Source: Gordius albopunctatus (lineage: Eukaryota). Taken from it: a stretch of 64,000 nucleotides of DNA. Positions within the stretch are counted from its first letter, which is position 1, and each line of letters opens with the position of its first letter. The notes under the pieces are model-generated. The model did not search any database and had not been told where the DNA came from. It was given only the letters and a program-made list of their open reading frames with translations. Positions 28,404 through 39,933 of the stretch are shown piece by piece. Made by a program: the position numbers and the translations under genes. The stretch covers positions 8,866,001 to 8,930,000 of the forward strand of contig OZ193909.1 in NCBI GenBank assembly GCA_964276515.1, written 5' to 3'.

Positions 28404-31230
28404 TTATTCGGAGTCACTAGTATAATCACTAGTGTCTCTTTCACGCGAAATAGTATTAACATCAAGTGAATTATTATCAAAATGCGAGTTCGAAGAAAAA
28501 TTAACAAGATTATAAACGCGCGAAGTACCACTATATGATATATATTTAGCTATATTGTCTACATAGTTTAAAATATTGTAATTACGCGATGTATCCATGT
28601 ATAAATCGCGTAAAATATTAATAGGCGTATTTTTATAGCGTACATGTTTTTTTATAGAAAATAATACTTGACCTTGATCAATTTGAAAAATATTAATCTC
28701 AGCCTTGGTGTTAATTTGAATTAAAAATGAAACGCAAGTGTAAATGTCGGGATGGGATACTCCAATAAGAGATTTGAGGGAATTGTGATAACCCTCGAGG
28801 TGATTGTTGGTCCTAGGACCAACAGCCTCGTATCTCTGCCACATTTCATAGGAAAATGTGACTGAGTGGCTCACCCAAGTGTTAAATACATACGAAAAAA
28901 AGAACGTAATTTTGCATGCTGGGAGACAATAGGGTCATCCCAGCAGGCTCGAAAAACGGTTAAAACGTCCTCATATCGTAAGAAAGAGAAAGCGGACACC
29001 CTTCGGACCATTTTTCGAATGTTCTGATCACTTAGGTATTGTTTTTTGAATTCCAACTTTTCTACTCGCCTCACCAAGGCTTTCGAAAAATGAAATAAAC
29101 AACCTTAAATAAAAAATTAGTACGACAGATAAATTATTACCTTTGATCACACCATTCGGAAAACACCTTTGAAGAGCGCTCTTCGCAGAGCGCTCAAAGT
29201 CTATTTGTATATAGGTCGGGTTTAATTCCAAATTAAACTCTAGGCAAAGCTCTTTCAACTTATCAAATATAGCACAATACGTTAATCGCTTCCTGTCGGG
29301 CATGAAGGCATAAACTATTGGGATCATATGATCCTTATAGTACCCGTGTATGGTGTAAAGCTAAAATCTCAAATCTATTAACGCATAAAATTAATTACTT
29401 GGTAGAATAAAGTAGGGCATACTTTAAAGGTACCATCCATGTAGATTGAGGTTACCTCACACAAGATTCTCAACATAGAAGGGGTCCCGAAAATTAACAA
29501 GTTGTTATTTTCGTTCCATAAAAGGAACCGCTCATTCCTCGGAGTTAGTGTTTGGGCTTCAGTCAAAATAATTTGACTTCTGTTGGCAGGTATAGGAAGC
29601 CTATTAATAACGCCTCTTTTCATCGTCGACCTTACGGCTTTAAAAGATGGCATAGCCATAGGAAATTCCGTAAGGTCAGGCACCTCAAGCATTCGGGCGC
29701 TTATGGTTTGATGATAAATTTTGCTAATTTTGACACCGGGATTAGACGCAACAGCGTTTTTCAACTCCCTCTTCGTCACCAAAGCCTCGTATTCTTCCCT
29801 TGGAGGTTCATGGTTATGGTGACGATTGATAAGAATTCTACCATCAACCTCCAAGGCTGTTGCGGGGCAAGAGAAGTCGCGGCATTTGTAGTAGGTTTTC
29901 TCTGAGGCCTTCCTGCTTTTAGCATAGAGATAAGAGGAGTAATATAGTATTACTCCTCCATTTGATCTGATATACTCTGGAGATGATGCTAAAATAATAT
30001 AAAAAGCTTAAATAAAATATACATACCTTCGCTTGATTCCATCTGATTTGTAACATCCATGAGAAGCATAGCATCTTGAAGTGATTGTGGACCTAAAAAG
30101 TACAAAAAATCCTAGGGTAATATACTTGGAGAGGCAAATAATTGTGCTTGAATTGGAAAATTAGGTGGACGAGGAGCTATTGCACTTATTCTTCCAGCTT
30201 GTGGATCTAAAAAGTACAAAAAATCCAAGGGTAATATACTTGGAGAGGCAAATAATTGTGCTTGAATTGGAAAATTAGGTGGACGAGGAGCTATTGCACT
30301 TATTCTTCCAGCTTGTGGACCTAAAAAGTACAAAAAATTCTAGGGTAATATACTTGGAGAGGCAAATAATTGTGCTTGAATTGGAAAATTAGGTGGACGA
30401 GGAGCTATTGCACTTATTCTTCCAGCTTGTGGATCTAAAAAGTACAAAAAATCCAAGGGTAATATACTTGGAGAGGCAAATAATTGTGCTTGAATTGGAA
30501 AATTAGGTGGACGAGGAGCTATTGCACTTATTCTTCCAGCTTGTGGACCTAAAAAGTACAAAAAATCCTAGGGTAATATACTTGGAGAGGCAAATAATTG
30601 TGCTTGAATTGGAAAATTAGGTGGACGAGGAGCTATTGCACTTATTCTTCCAGCTTGTGGACCTAAAAAGTACAAAAAATCCAAGGGTAATATACTTGGA
30701 GAGGCAAATAATTGTGCTTGAATGAAAATTAGGTGGACGAGGAGCTATTGCACTTATTCTTCCAGCTTGTGGATCTAAAAAGTACAAAAAATCCAAGGGT
30801 AATATACTTGGAGAGGCAAATAATTGTGCTTGAATTGGAAAATTAGGTGGACGAGGAGCTATTGCACTTATTCTTCCAGCTTGTGGACCTAAAAAGTACA
30901 AAAAATCCAAGGGTAATATACTTGGAGAGGCAAATAATTGTGCTTGAATTGGAAAATTAGGTGGACGAGGAGCTATTGCACTTATTCTTCCAGCTTGTGG
31001 ATCTAAAAAGTACAAAAAATCCAAGGGTAATATACTTGGAGAGGCAAATAATTGTGCTTGAATTGGAAAATTAGGTGGACGAGGAGCGATTGCACTTATT
31101 CTTCCAGCTTGTGGACCTAAAAAGTACAAAAAATTCTAGGGTAATATACTTGGAGAGGCAGTTCCAGGCAAAGTTATCCTAGGAGCAGTTGTAATGAGAC
31201 ACATTCTCACAAAATTTAGAGGTTGACCTA
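28404..31230 (-). CDS. FLYWCH zinc finger + MULE transposase-like gene A (spliced, apparent frameshifts)
   Basis: YYKCRDFSCPA..HHNH, MDGTF, IDFE, CLFHF and RTNNHLEGYH across small introns; frame break near 28880; 5' end uncertain. Confidence 0.8.
30089..31160 (-). repeat. 114-bp tandem array: 33-nt intron + 81-nt exon
   Basis: Ten gtatattacc...tttttag intron-like segments separate nine near-identical exon-like segments encoding PQAGRISAIAPRPPNFPIQAQLFASP. Confidence 0.9.
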
Positions 31231-31658
31231 AAGTTTTATATTTTAAAAATTCATACACAATGTATTACTACAAATACTCTCAGGTTTTGATGTTTCGGTA
31301 ATTGCAGAAATGTGGCTCATGTTGCTAAAATAATATAAATTTAAGATTGGAACTATTTTGCGATAATCTGATTAGTTGTTTAAATTTTATCTTATGACAC
31401 ACGCTCTTAGTGTTATGGCACACGCTGTTAGTGTTGTGACCCATGTCGTTAGTGTTATGACATGTATTTTGCAAAAATTTGGGCATATATGATTGGCCGT
31501 CGTGACGATGGAAAATCTGAAGGCTGTGCAGGAGCGTTCACAGATGTTAAAAAATGGATTTGGGTGGTATCTTTTCAATTGACAAAAGTTCATTTGTAAA
31601 AATCTCTAAATCTCTAAATATCTAAACTCCCGCGAATTTTAAATTTTTCAAGTGTATA

Positions 31659-32320
31659 ATGTCAAAAGTTACATATGTTTTATTCCAAAAAAAACAAACG
31701 AATTTTAGTGTATGAAAAATATGAATACACTAGAGTGAATGGTAGCAAGGATCACAGGGAGTACTATAAATGTAGAGCTAGCCATTGTGTAGGTCGTGGT
31801 GTTTTATATAATGCAAATTTTATAATACCCGCACAATGAGATCCCACACAAAGGTAACATTTATAATTGTTACCACTTATATATGATATAACTTATAAAA
31901 ATCATGGGTGCATTGCTGATCCTCTGCACCAATTCACCACCTCCATATATCATAGTTGTAAGTCTATTTATGAACATTATATCATTTATCTAGATTGTTT
32001 ATCAATTCCAGCTATGATTCCCAACCCTGTACAAGCACAAGCCTCATCCTTCACCACCTCCAGATGTCATAGTTGTAAGTCTATTTATGAACATTATATC
32101 ATTTATCTAGATTGTTTATCAATTCCAGCTATGATTCCCAACCCTGTACAAGCACAAGCCTCATCCTTCACCACCTCCAGATTTCATAGTTGTAAGCCTA
32201 TTTATGAACATTATATCATTTATCTAGATTGTTTGTCAATTCCAGCTATGATTCCTAACCCTGTACAAGCACAAGCCTCATCCTTCACCATCTCCACATC
32301 TCGTAATTGTAAGATAATTT
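31659..32320 (+). pseudogene. FLYWCH-like gene fragment D with a 117-bp exon-intron array
   Basis: EYYKCRASHCVGRG fragment; gtaag donors at 31958, 32075, 32192 and 32309; 36-nt introns and 81-nt exons. Confidence 0.65.
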
Positions 32321-33291
32321 GTTAAAATATCTGCTTTTAATACTTTGTAACAAAATTACCTTAAAATATCTTGTCTAAAATACCTATTGCAGATGAAATA
32401 GCTAAGAGTATAGAGAAATTTAAACAGTATCAGTTAAGACCAATATTAAATTTTTTTGCCTTAAAAAATAAAAGGCCCAAAATTGCATAAGTTTGAACAT
32501 TTCTATTTTCTTTGTATTTATATTTAGTTTAAACTTTCTTTTATATAATCCTATTGATTAAACCCTAAAATCAAATATATTTTTTGGGTATGAGCTAAAA
32601 TATTCAAGAAAAAATTTTGGGGGTTGCTCTAATTATAGTTTTAAAATTTAAACCACTTGATCAATTAGCCAAATTAATATATTAATGAACTTATAAGAGT
32701 GTAAATATTATTCTTGTAATTTTTGACAAGTTCATATAGAAAAACATGTTTAGGGTAATTATGACCTCAAATACCATCAGTGTTAGCATTTTTGACCCAA
32801 CCTACGAAGGGTTAAGTGTTAATTAAAATTACAAATGATAAATAACAATATATTAAAACCTTCAAATAAACTTATTACTGTAGCTCACCTTTTCCCACAC
32901 TCGCTATCTCCGTGATTTTCCCACACTCTCAACCATTAATTATCTCATTAGTTAATTCCCTCTTAGTTTTTAGATGTTAGGAATACATCATCGATCATTT
33001 TAGTTTTGTATTTTTAAACAAGTTGACCTTCGTATATTTTAACAAATCCACTTATTATTCCCACGCTATTCCCTATATATTGACAATTTATTGCATATAT
33101 CGGGTTCTTGCTTTTTTCGCATATAATTCTTCTTGCTATTTTCCGTTCTTGTAATCGAAGCTATAAAACTTATCATTTAATAAAGGCTCCATCGTTGATG
33201 CAGAAAACATGATTGATGAAGTGCAACGAGTACAAAGCCTTCAGCAAAGTAATTATACTTTCAATATTAAATAATATTCCCTTTTTTAGAT

Positions 33292-34404
33292 ATGCGATTT
33301 GTACCCTCCCGCAAAGGTACCCTTCTGTATTTCAGGGATTATCTTTATTGTAAAACAACTAGAACCTCGTCTGCTACATACTATCGATGTAGGACTCGAA
33401 CTTGCCCTGGTAGGGCTAGAATTACAACCTCCCCAGAAGTTATACATGGTCATAATCATGAGCAAGCGAGGGAGGACTATGAATTTTTAATTACAGTGAG
33501 GGATTTAAAGGATGCGGTGCTGGCAGAGCCACGGGAGAAGCTGAGGAAAATTTATCATAGAATTATTAACTTTTAATTTATAGGCCTACACAATCCACAC
33601 ATATTACCGGGGTCGCATGATTCCCGTCGTGTATGCCCTCTTACCTGACAAAAGCTTCGAAACCTATAAAAGGGTTTTCAACAAATTGAAGGAGTTGAGC
33701 CTTGAGCATAATTTTGTGTCACAACCTAATTATGTTCAGGTAGACTTTGAAATGGCTAGTATACAGGCCCTTCGAGAATGCTTTCCAGGTGTTTCTGTAA
33801 AAGGTTTTTAATTTATTAAATAACATATATTTAATTTAGGATGTTTATTCCATTTTGCTCAAGCTATTTTTCGAAGACTTGGGCATGATGGAATACGCGC
33901 CGATTACGATGATAACCAACATTTCAAGAAATTGGTAAGGCGCGCATTAGCCCTTCCATTTTTGAAAGAACACGATGTGCTAGCTGTGTTTGGATTATGT
34001 GCTTCTGACCCTCTGGTTCGCTCTAACCCGAAAATGCAAGACTTTTTCCATTATATACACAGAACCTGGGTCTGGTCAACCGCCACTTTTCCCTATGAAA
34101 TTTGGCAAAGGTTTAATGCTGTGGGGCCCCGTACAAACAATCATTTGGAGGGCTTCCATAACAGCATTAAATGCCTTGTTGGCCAGGCCCACCCCGTTAT
34201 TTATAATTTTATTGAATTCTTACGGAAGCAACAGGCTATGACGGAAATTAATATATTGCATATTTCTCAAGGTAAGCAGGTGTTACCAATATAAATCGAT
34301 TGATAAATCAATATAGATTTAACGAAATTGATGTATATGAATTTATTGACAATATTTCTGTATATATGTATTTACAATCGCATGAATTAATTGTTGACAT
34401 ATAA
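33292..34404 (+). pseudogene. FLYWCH + MULE transposase-like gene B, internally deleted
   Basis: YYRCRTRTCPG..HGHNH, VDFE, GCLFHF and RTNNHLEGFH are present; the DGTF segment is absent. Confidence 0.8.
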
Positions 34405-34617
34405 ATAAAATATATTTCTAATTATATATATATATTGTTAGAAATCTTAAGTTATAAGTAGATCTTTTAAGTAACAAGTTCCCTCTTGACATATACCCTA
34501 CAATAAATCAAAGTAAACGTTATTTTTTATTAAAAGAATATTCAAAATGTATTAAAAACACAAATTGTAAAAGATATCATCATATAAAAAAAATACATGT
34601 TTTTTTTCATATAAAAA

Positions 34618-34847
34618 ACTTACGTAAGAGCATTCTTGGGGTAAAACAGAACCCCACGAGCCAAAAAAGCTTCTATATTTTAAAAAGTATTAAGCCAAAA
34701 CTTATGAAATTTTCGCCTAACCTAGTTCTTGGTAAAATTTTAAGTTACTGAAAAGACCTAATTTATTAGACTTAAATTGCGTTCAATATTTTAATTCATA
34801 ATTTGCGTGGGGTTTCGAAATACCCCACGAATACTCTCGCGGGTTAG
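34618..34847. mobile_element. Degenerate MITE
   Basis: gagcattcttggggtaaaacagaacccca and tggggtttcgaaataccccacgaatactc form imperfect inverted repeats. Confidence 0.45.
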
Positions 34848-35529
34848 ATAAAAAGACATCATAGAAGGGTATATTCAAGGATATAAAAGATCTTCATGTA
34901 ATATATATAGATATTATATAGAACTATAAAAATAGGAAAGATTAAGAAGAAAATTATAATTAAGTTACTTAATAAACATAGTATAATAAATTCATTATTT
35001 ACTATAAAATATAAACTCTTAAAACTACAAAAGTAGATTATAAAACAAAGCTAAAATATTGTTATTTGCTAATTGTAAGAGCTCAATTTTATCAAATAAA
35101 AGCCTATGCTAGATATATATAGATTAAATGAATGAAAGTATAACCAATCTTTTACTCGTTGATAGATTACTCATTATTTACACTTTTTAAACCATAAATT
35201 CAATAAATTCCATAAAATGTTATCAGAAATATACATGTAATATTTTCCAAAACAAAATTTTTATAATGTGGGTCTAACTTAAATTTCTATATGATAATAA
35301 GTATAAGCACTTTTTGTTAAGTTAAATATCTCTTGCAAATTATTAAAAATGATTGTTATATTACCATTATATAATATTTTTATATTTACAATATATATCT
35401 AATGCGATTTTATTTATATTTTAAATATGTATCCAAATGCGGTTTATTTTACATATGCCCTTTTGTCAATTGAACCAGATTCATAAACATATGGATATTA
35501 TAATATATTTTAATTTTATAGTATCAAAT

Positions 35530-35960
35530 ATAAATTAGATTTAGTTGTTAATAATGGTAATAGTTAATAATTAATGAACATGTATTATTAAATTGGTTTA
35601 ATGTTTATATATAGCATAATTATAGTTAGAGTAAGGCTAAAAACGTTTATAATTATATTTAATGTTATATAAAACATTTCAATTACATTTTAACAAATAA
35701 ATTAGATGTAACTGTTAATAATCAAAATAGTTAATAATTAATGAACATGTATTATTATCAATTAGTTCAATGTGTATATATAGCATAATTAAAGTTAGAG
35801 TAATGCTATAAAACGTTTATTATTATATTTAATGTTATATAAAACATTTCAATTACATTTTAACAAATAAATTAGATGTAACTGTTAATAATAAAAATAG
35901 TTAATAATTATTGAACATGATTTACTATCAATTGGTTCAATTTGCATCTATAGCATATGT
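35530..35960. repeat. About 170-bp AT-rich tandem repeat
   Basis: aattagat..a..tgttaataat recurs at about 35533, 35700 and 35870. Confidence 0.75.
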
Positions 35961-37660
35961 AAAGCTAAACGTTATGCATTTTATATCTGTTGTACTATGT
36001 ATCTTATATAAATAAAATAAAGCAATAGTTAATGATATATATAAAATGAATAGATATTATCACTACTGTGTTTAATGTACAATATTGTATAAATAAAATA
36101 AGCTTAATACAATAAAACATACTATTGTTACATTTAAAAATAAATAGTGTGTAAAATAATGTATGAAAGTAGTTAAAAGAATCACTCAGGAATATTAGCC
36201 ATAATTATAAAAAATTCTATGTTATAAATATATATGCAGCAGCTAAATAACAAGTATAAGCATAGGTTTGTTATAAAGGCGAGCTCATAACAAAGAGGGG
36301 GGGTATTGGTTGAGAACCATTTTAAAGAAATTCGACCAAAAAGTTAGGATAAATTTTATCGTTCTTGTTAGGTTATGTTTGAATTAGCAAGAATCAATTT
36401 AGACAATTTATTTTTATAAAGTTAGCTGATATAGGATTTATTTATTGATAATAACATAATTATGTCCTAGTCAACTTTAATAACGTCTATTGCCATATTT
36501 AGTGATGAAGATTTGCTCCAATGAGTATTGCTCACTGTGAGCTCTGCCCCCTTACACGCATTGCGTATCCTACTCTACTCATGAGGCTGTTGATGTACTA
36601 GATGACAATGCTCGAGAGGCGAAAGGGTAGTAGCGAAAAGTAACTCATGTATAGAGCTGTGTGCCTGAGCAGCATTATAAGTTGACTAACCGATTTCATA
36701 TGAGCAAATGCTATGAGCAAGCAGTTTATCTAAACTGCTCATAACATAATGTTCTAATTAAAGCGTCCTTAGTTTTAACACAGTACATTCTGTTCAACAA
36801 TTATTGTAGCTATTTGAATAGGCGTAAGTCGGATTTCCTAAAGGGGTGGGGGGGGGGGTAAAAAAATTTTAAGATCACATTTTTTTGCTAATGATCTTAT
36901 AATTTATTTTTTATACATGCCAAAAATTTAAAAAAATTTATTTAATTATAAATTTTTAAGTTTTCTGTCTCACCCAGGCGGTAATAATCTGTTTGACAAT
37001 TTTAATATGGTTTAACTTTATATTTTATCGTTTTTAAGAATAGGTGTCGATGTTAAAATTTTATTAAAGGTACTAACTAATATTTTTTTCGAATATCATT
37101 ATATAAATCTAAAATGATTTAAAAAAATTTATTTTTTATAAATGGCGAAATTATATTTTAGTGTATAAATATTTTTTGACATTCTTAATATGACTTAATG
37201 TTTCTAAATTTATATTTAATAATATTTTTAGTCCAGGTCACAATGCAAAGTTTTATAAAAAGTGGGAAATTTTGTTTTATAGAATATTATTTATATATGG
37301 CTAAAATATGCTTAATGATATTAAAATTTATTTTTTATACACGAAAATTTTAAAGGTGTGAATTTATTTTTTTGGCAAAAGATTTTGAAATTTATTGTTT
37401 AAAACATGTCAAAAATATTTTTATTTTATTTACATATATTTGATTTAGATGTCTTATATCTGTTTCTAGTTCAAATTAAAGTATTGACACCAAATCAGCA
37501 TTATTATTTTATTAAATTTCGAGATGATATAATTTTCCCAAAATGTACAATTAAATCTAATAATATAAGATGGTCTATGAGTAAATATAAAACACATGCA
37601 GCGCGAATTAATAACATAACTTCAAGCTTGTATTTAAAAATTAAAACAAATTTATATTTA

Positions 37661-39223
37661 TTATTGTAAATCAATTTCATCAAATAACGGGGCATCGTGA
37701 CCTTGTAAGTGCATATAATTAGAGATGGCATCAACATATGAAAAAAGGGGCATAGGGTTAGATACATTTGTATATTGAGCTATAAGACGATTTATATTAT
37801 AATTAATAGAAGCGTATTTTTTATTTGTTTCATACACTCTTTTTCCCTGAGAGATGTGTAGCAAATCAACATTAGTTTTTTCTTGTAGGTCTAGCAGGAA
37901 ATCAACAAACACATATATAGTAGGGTGGGTTTGTGTGAGCCCACTTTTAAGAGCATTATGAAAAACTTCGAAGTGGTTTTTGGTTCGGGGCCCCTCTGCA
38001 TCAAGCCGTTGCCACATATCATAGGGGAACAAGGGGTCCCTCTCAAGCCCAACCCAGGTATTGTGGACGTACAAAAAAAAATTCTCAATTTCTCTATCGC
38101 CGCGCACATTGGGCTGGGCCATGCAAAGGATCATGACATCGCGGATGTGCCCTCTCTTTACAAATGGTAATGCTAAAAGACGACGAACGCTGCGCTTGAA
38201 ATCAGCATTTGATGAATAAAGATTCTTCATTTTGCCAGACCCAGCGTGTCGATAGATCGCCTGGCCAAAATGAAACAAGCAACCTAAAAATTATATAAAC
38301 AAAACATTAAATTTTACCCTTTATAATAATATTAGGGAAACAGGCTTCCAAGGCCCCGATGCTTGCCCGTTCGAAATCAACCTGTGCATAAGTTGGGGCG
38401 AAAACTAGCTGCAAGGTAGCACAAATCTGAATAAGTGCCCTGAACACTTTCTTATAAGTATATTCTGTTTTATCAGGCAGAAGGGTATATACTACTGGAA
38501 TCATATGCTCCCGGTAATAGGTATGAATTTTATAAATCTAAAAACATTCACAATATATTTTAATACTCGAGATTGAGATCATAGGCAAGTTTTGGGCAAT
38601 AGTATTGATTGTCACAGAGGCTGGTCCTAAAAAAATATATAATTCACAATATATTTAAATACTTGAGATTGAGATCATAGTCAAGTTTTGGGCAATAGTA
38701 CTGTTTGTCACAGAGGCTGGTCCTAAAAAAATATATAATTCACAATATATTTTAATACTCGAGATTGAGATCATAGGCAAGTTTTGCGCAATAGTATTGC
38801 TTGTCACAGAGGCTGGTCCTAAAAAAATATATAATTCACAATATATTTAAATACTTGAGATTGAGATCATAGGCAAGTTTTGGGCAATAGTACTGCTTGT
38901 CACAGAGGCTGGTCCTAAAAAATATATAATTCACAATATATTTAAATACTTGAGATTGAGATCATAGGCAAGTTTTGGGAAATAGTACTGCTTGTCACAG
39001 AGACTGGTCCTTTAGATGGGGGTGTTGATGCTGATAAGGAGCATTTACTTGATGTATGTAGTTTTGCAAGGGAAAAGGAATGGGACATGGTTCCTTTTCC
39101 CTTACAAGTGTAGTTTCTACACTTGTAATATATCTTATGCTCAGTCTCATTAACCTTAACATAAGATATATTATTATGAATTAAAATTCTTTTTTTCTGT
39201 CTGCTGAGTGTCCAGGAGATCAT
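37661..39223 (-). pseudogene. FLYWCH + MULE transposase-like gene C with a 96-bp exon-intron array
   Basis: IYYKCRNYTCKG, VDFE, CLFHF and RTKNHFEVFH; repeat at about 38540-39010 is a 36-nt intron plus 60-nt exon; the DGTF segment is absent. Confidence 0.8.
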
Positions 39224-39933
39224 TACTTTATTATAAATCCTATGTATATGAATAGGAAATGTGTGATTGGCAGCGATTCGAGTTATAAATTAACAATGAA
39301 AAATCATGCATATTAAAATCTTTATGAAGGATTAAAATCTTAATAAAGGTTTCTTTTTTTAATCCAATATTCGTTAATACTAATAATCTATATTATTATA
39401 AGGCGTTAATTTGATATACAAACCAAAATAAAGTGTTAATAAATTGTCATAATTCTATTTTTAAAATAAAATCCGAGTTTTTATGTCTTGTTTGTAAGCA
39501 ATCAAGTTGGCAATCAAGTTTGGCAATCAAAGTTTTGAATGGAAGGGCATTTTAACGGTTGACCCAAAACAAAAAAATGATGTCTATGAATGATTTCCAC
39601 CTTATTTGTAAAAAAATTTAATCTCGCAAATTTTATATTTTTCTTATTGACAAATTAAAATATTTTATTGAATTTAAATTTTAGCCTATTAATATAATTT
39701 ATGACTTCATGATGGAACTTGAGTTCATGCTTCAATCAAAACTCTCCGGGGGGAAGGTATTTGAAATTTTTGAAGGGGGGGAGGGGTTCCCCCCGGGCTC
39801 CCCCCTGAAAGAAACCCTGTATTTTAGTCTATAACAAGCCAAAATTGTAATGCAAATGTAATTGTATGTATATAAAAAATGCAAAATTAATTTAAAACAT
39901 AATCCTTATTCTACTGTTATTAAATAATATTAT

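Larger units (their letters stand above)
24980..39819. mobile_element. 14.8-kb hAT-type TIR element with cargo
   Basis: Perfect 14-bp TIR cagggtttctttca / tgaaagaaaccctg; perfect 8-bp TSD tattttag at 24972-24979 and 39820-39827. Confidence 0.85.

Noticed and set aside
30089..31160. CRISPR-like array
   Set aside because: Units are identical along their whole length with no unique spacers, no cas genes are present, and the context is eukaryotic.
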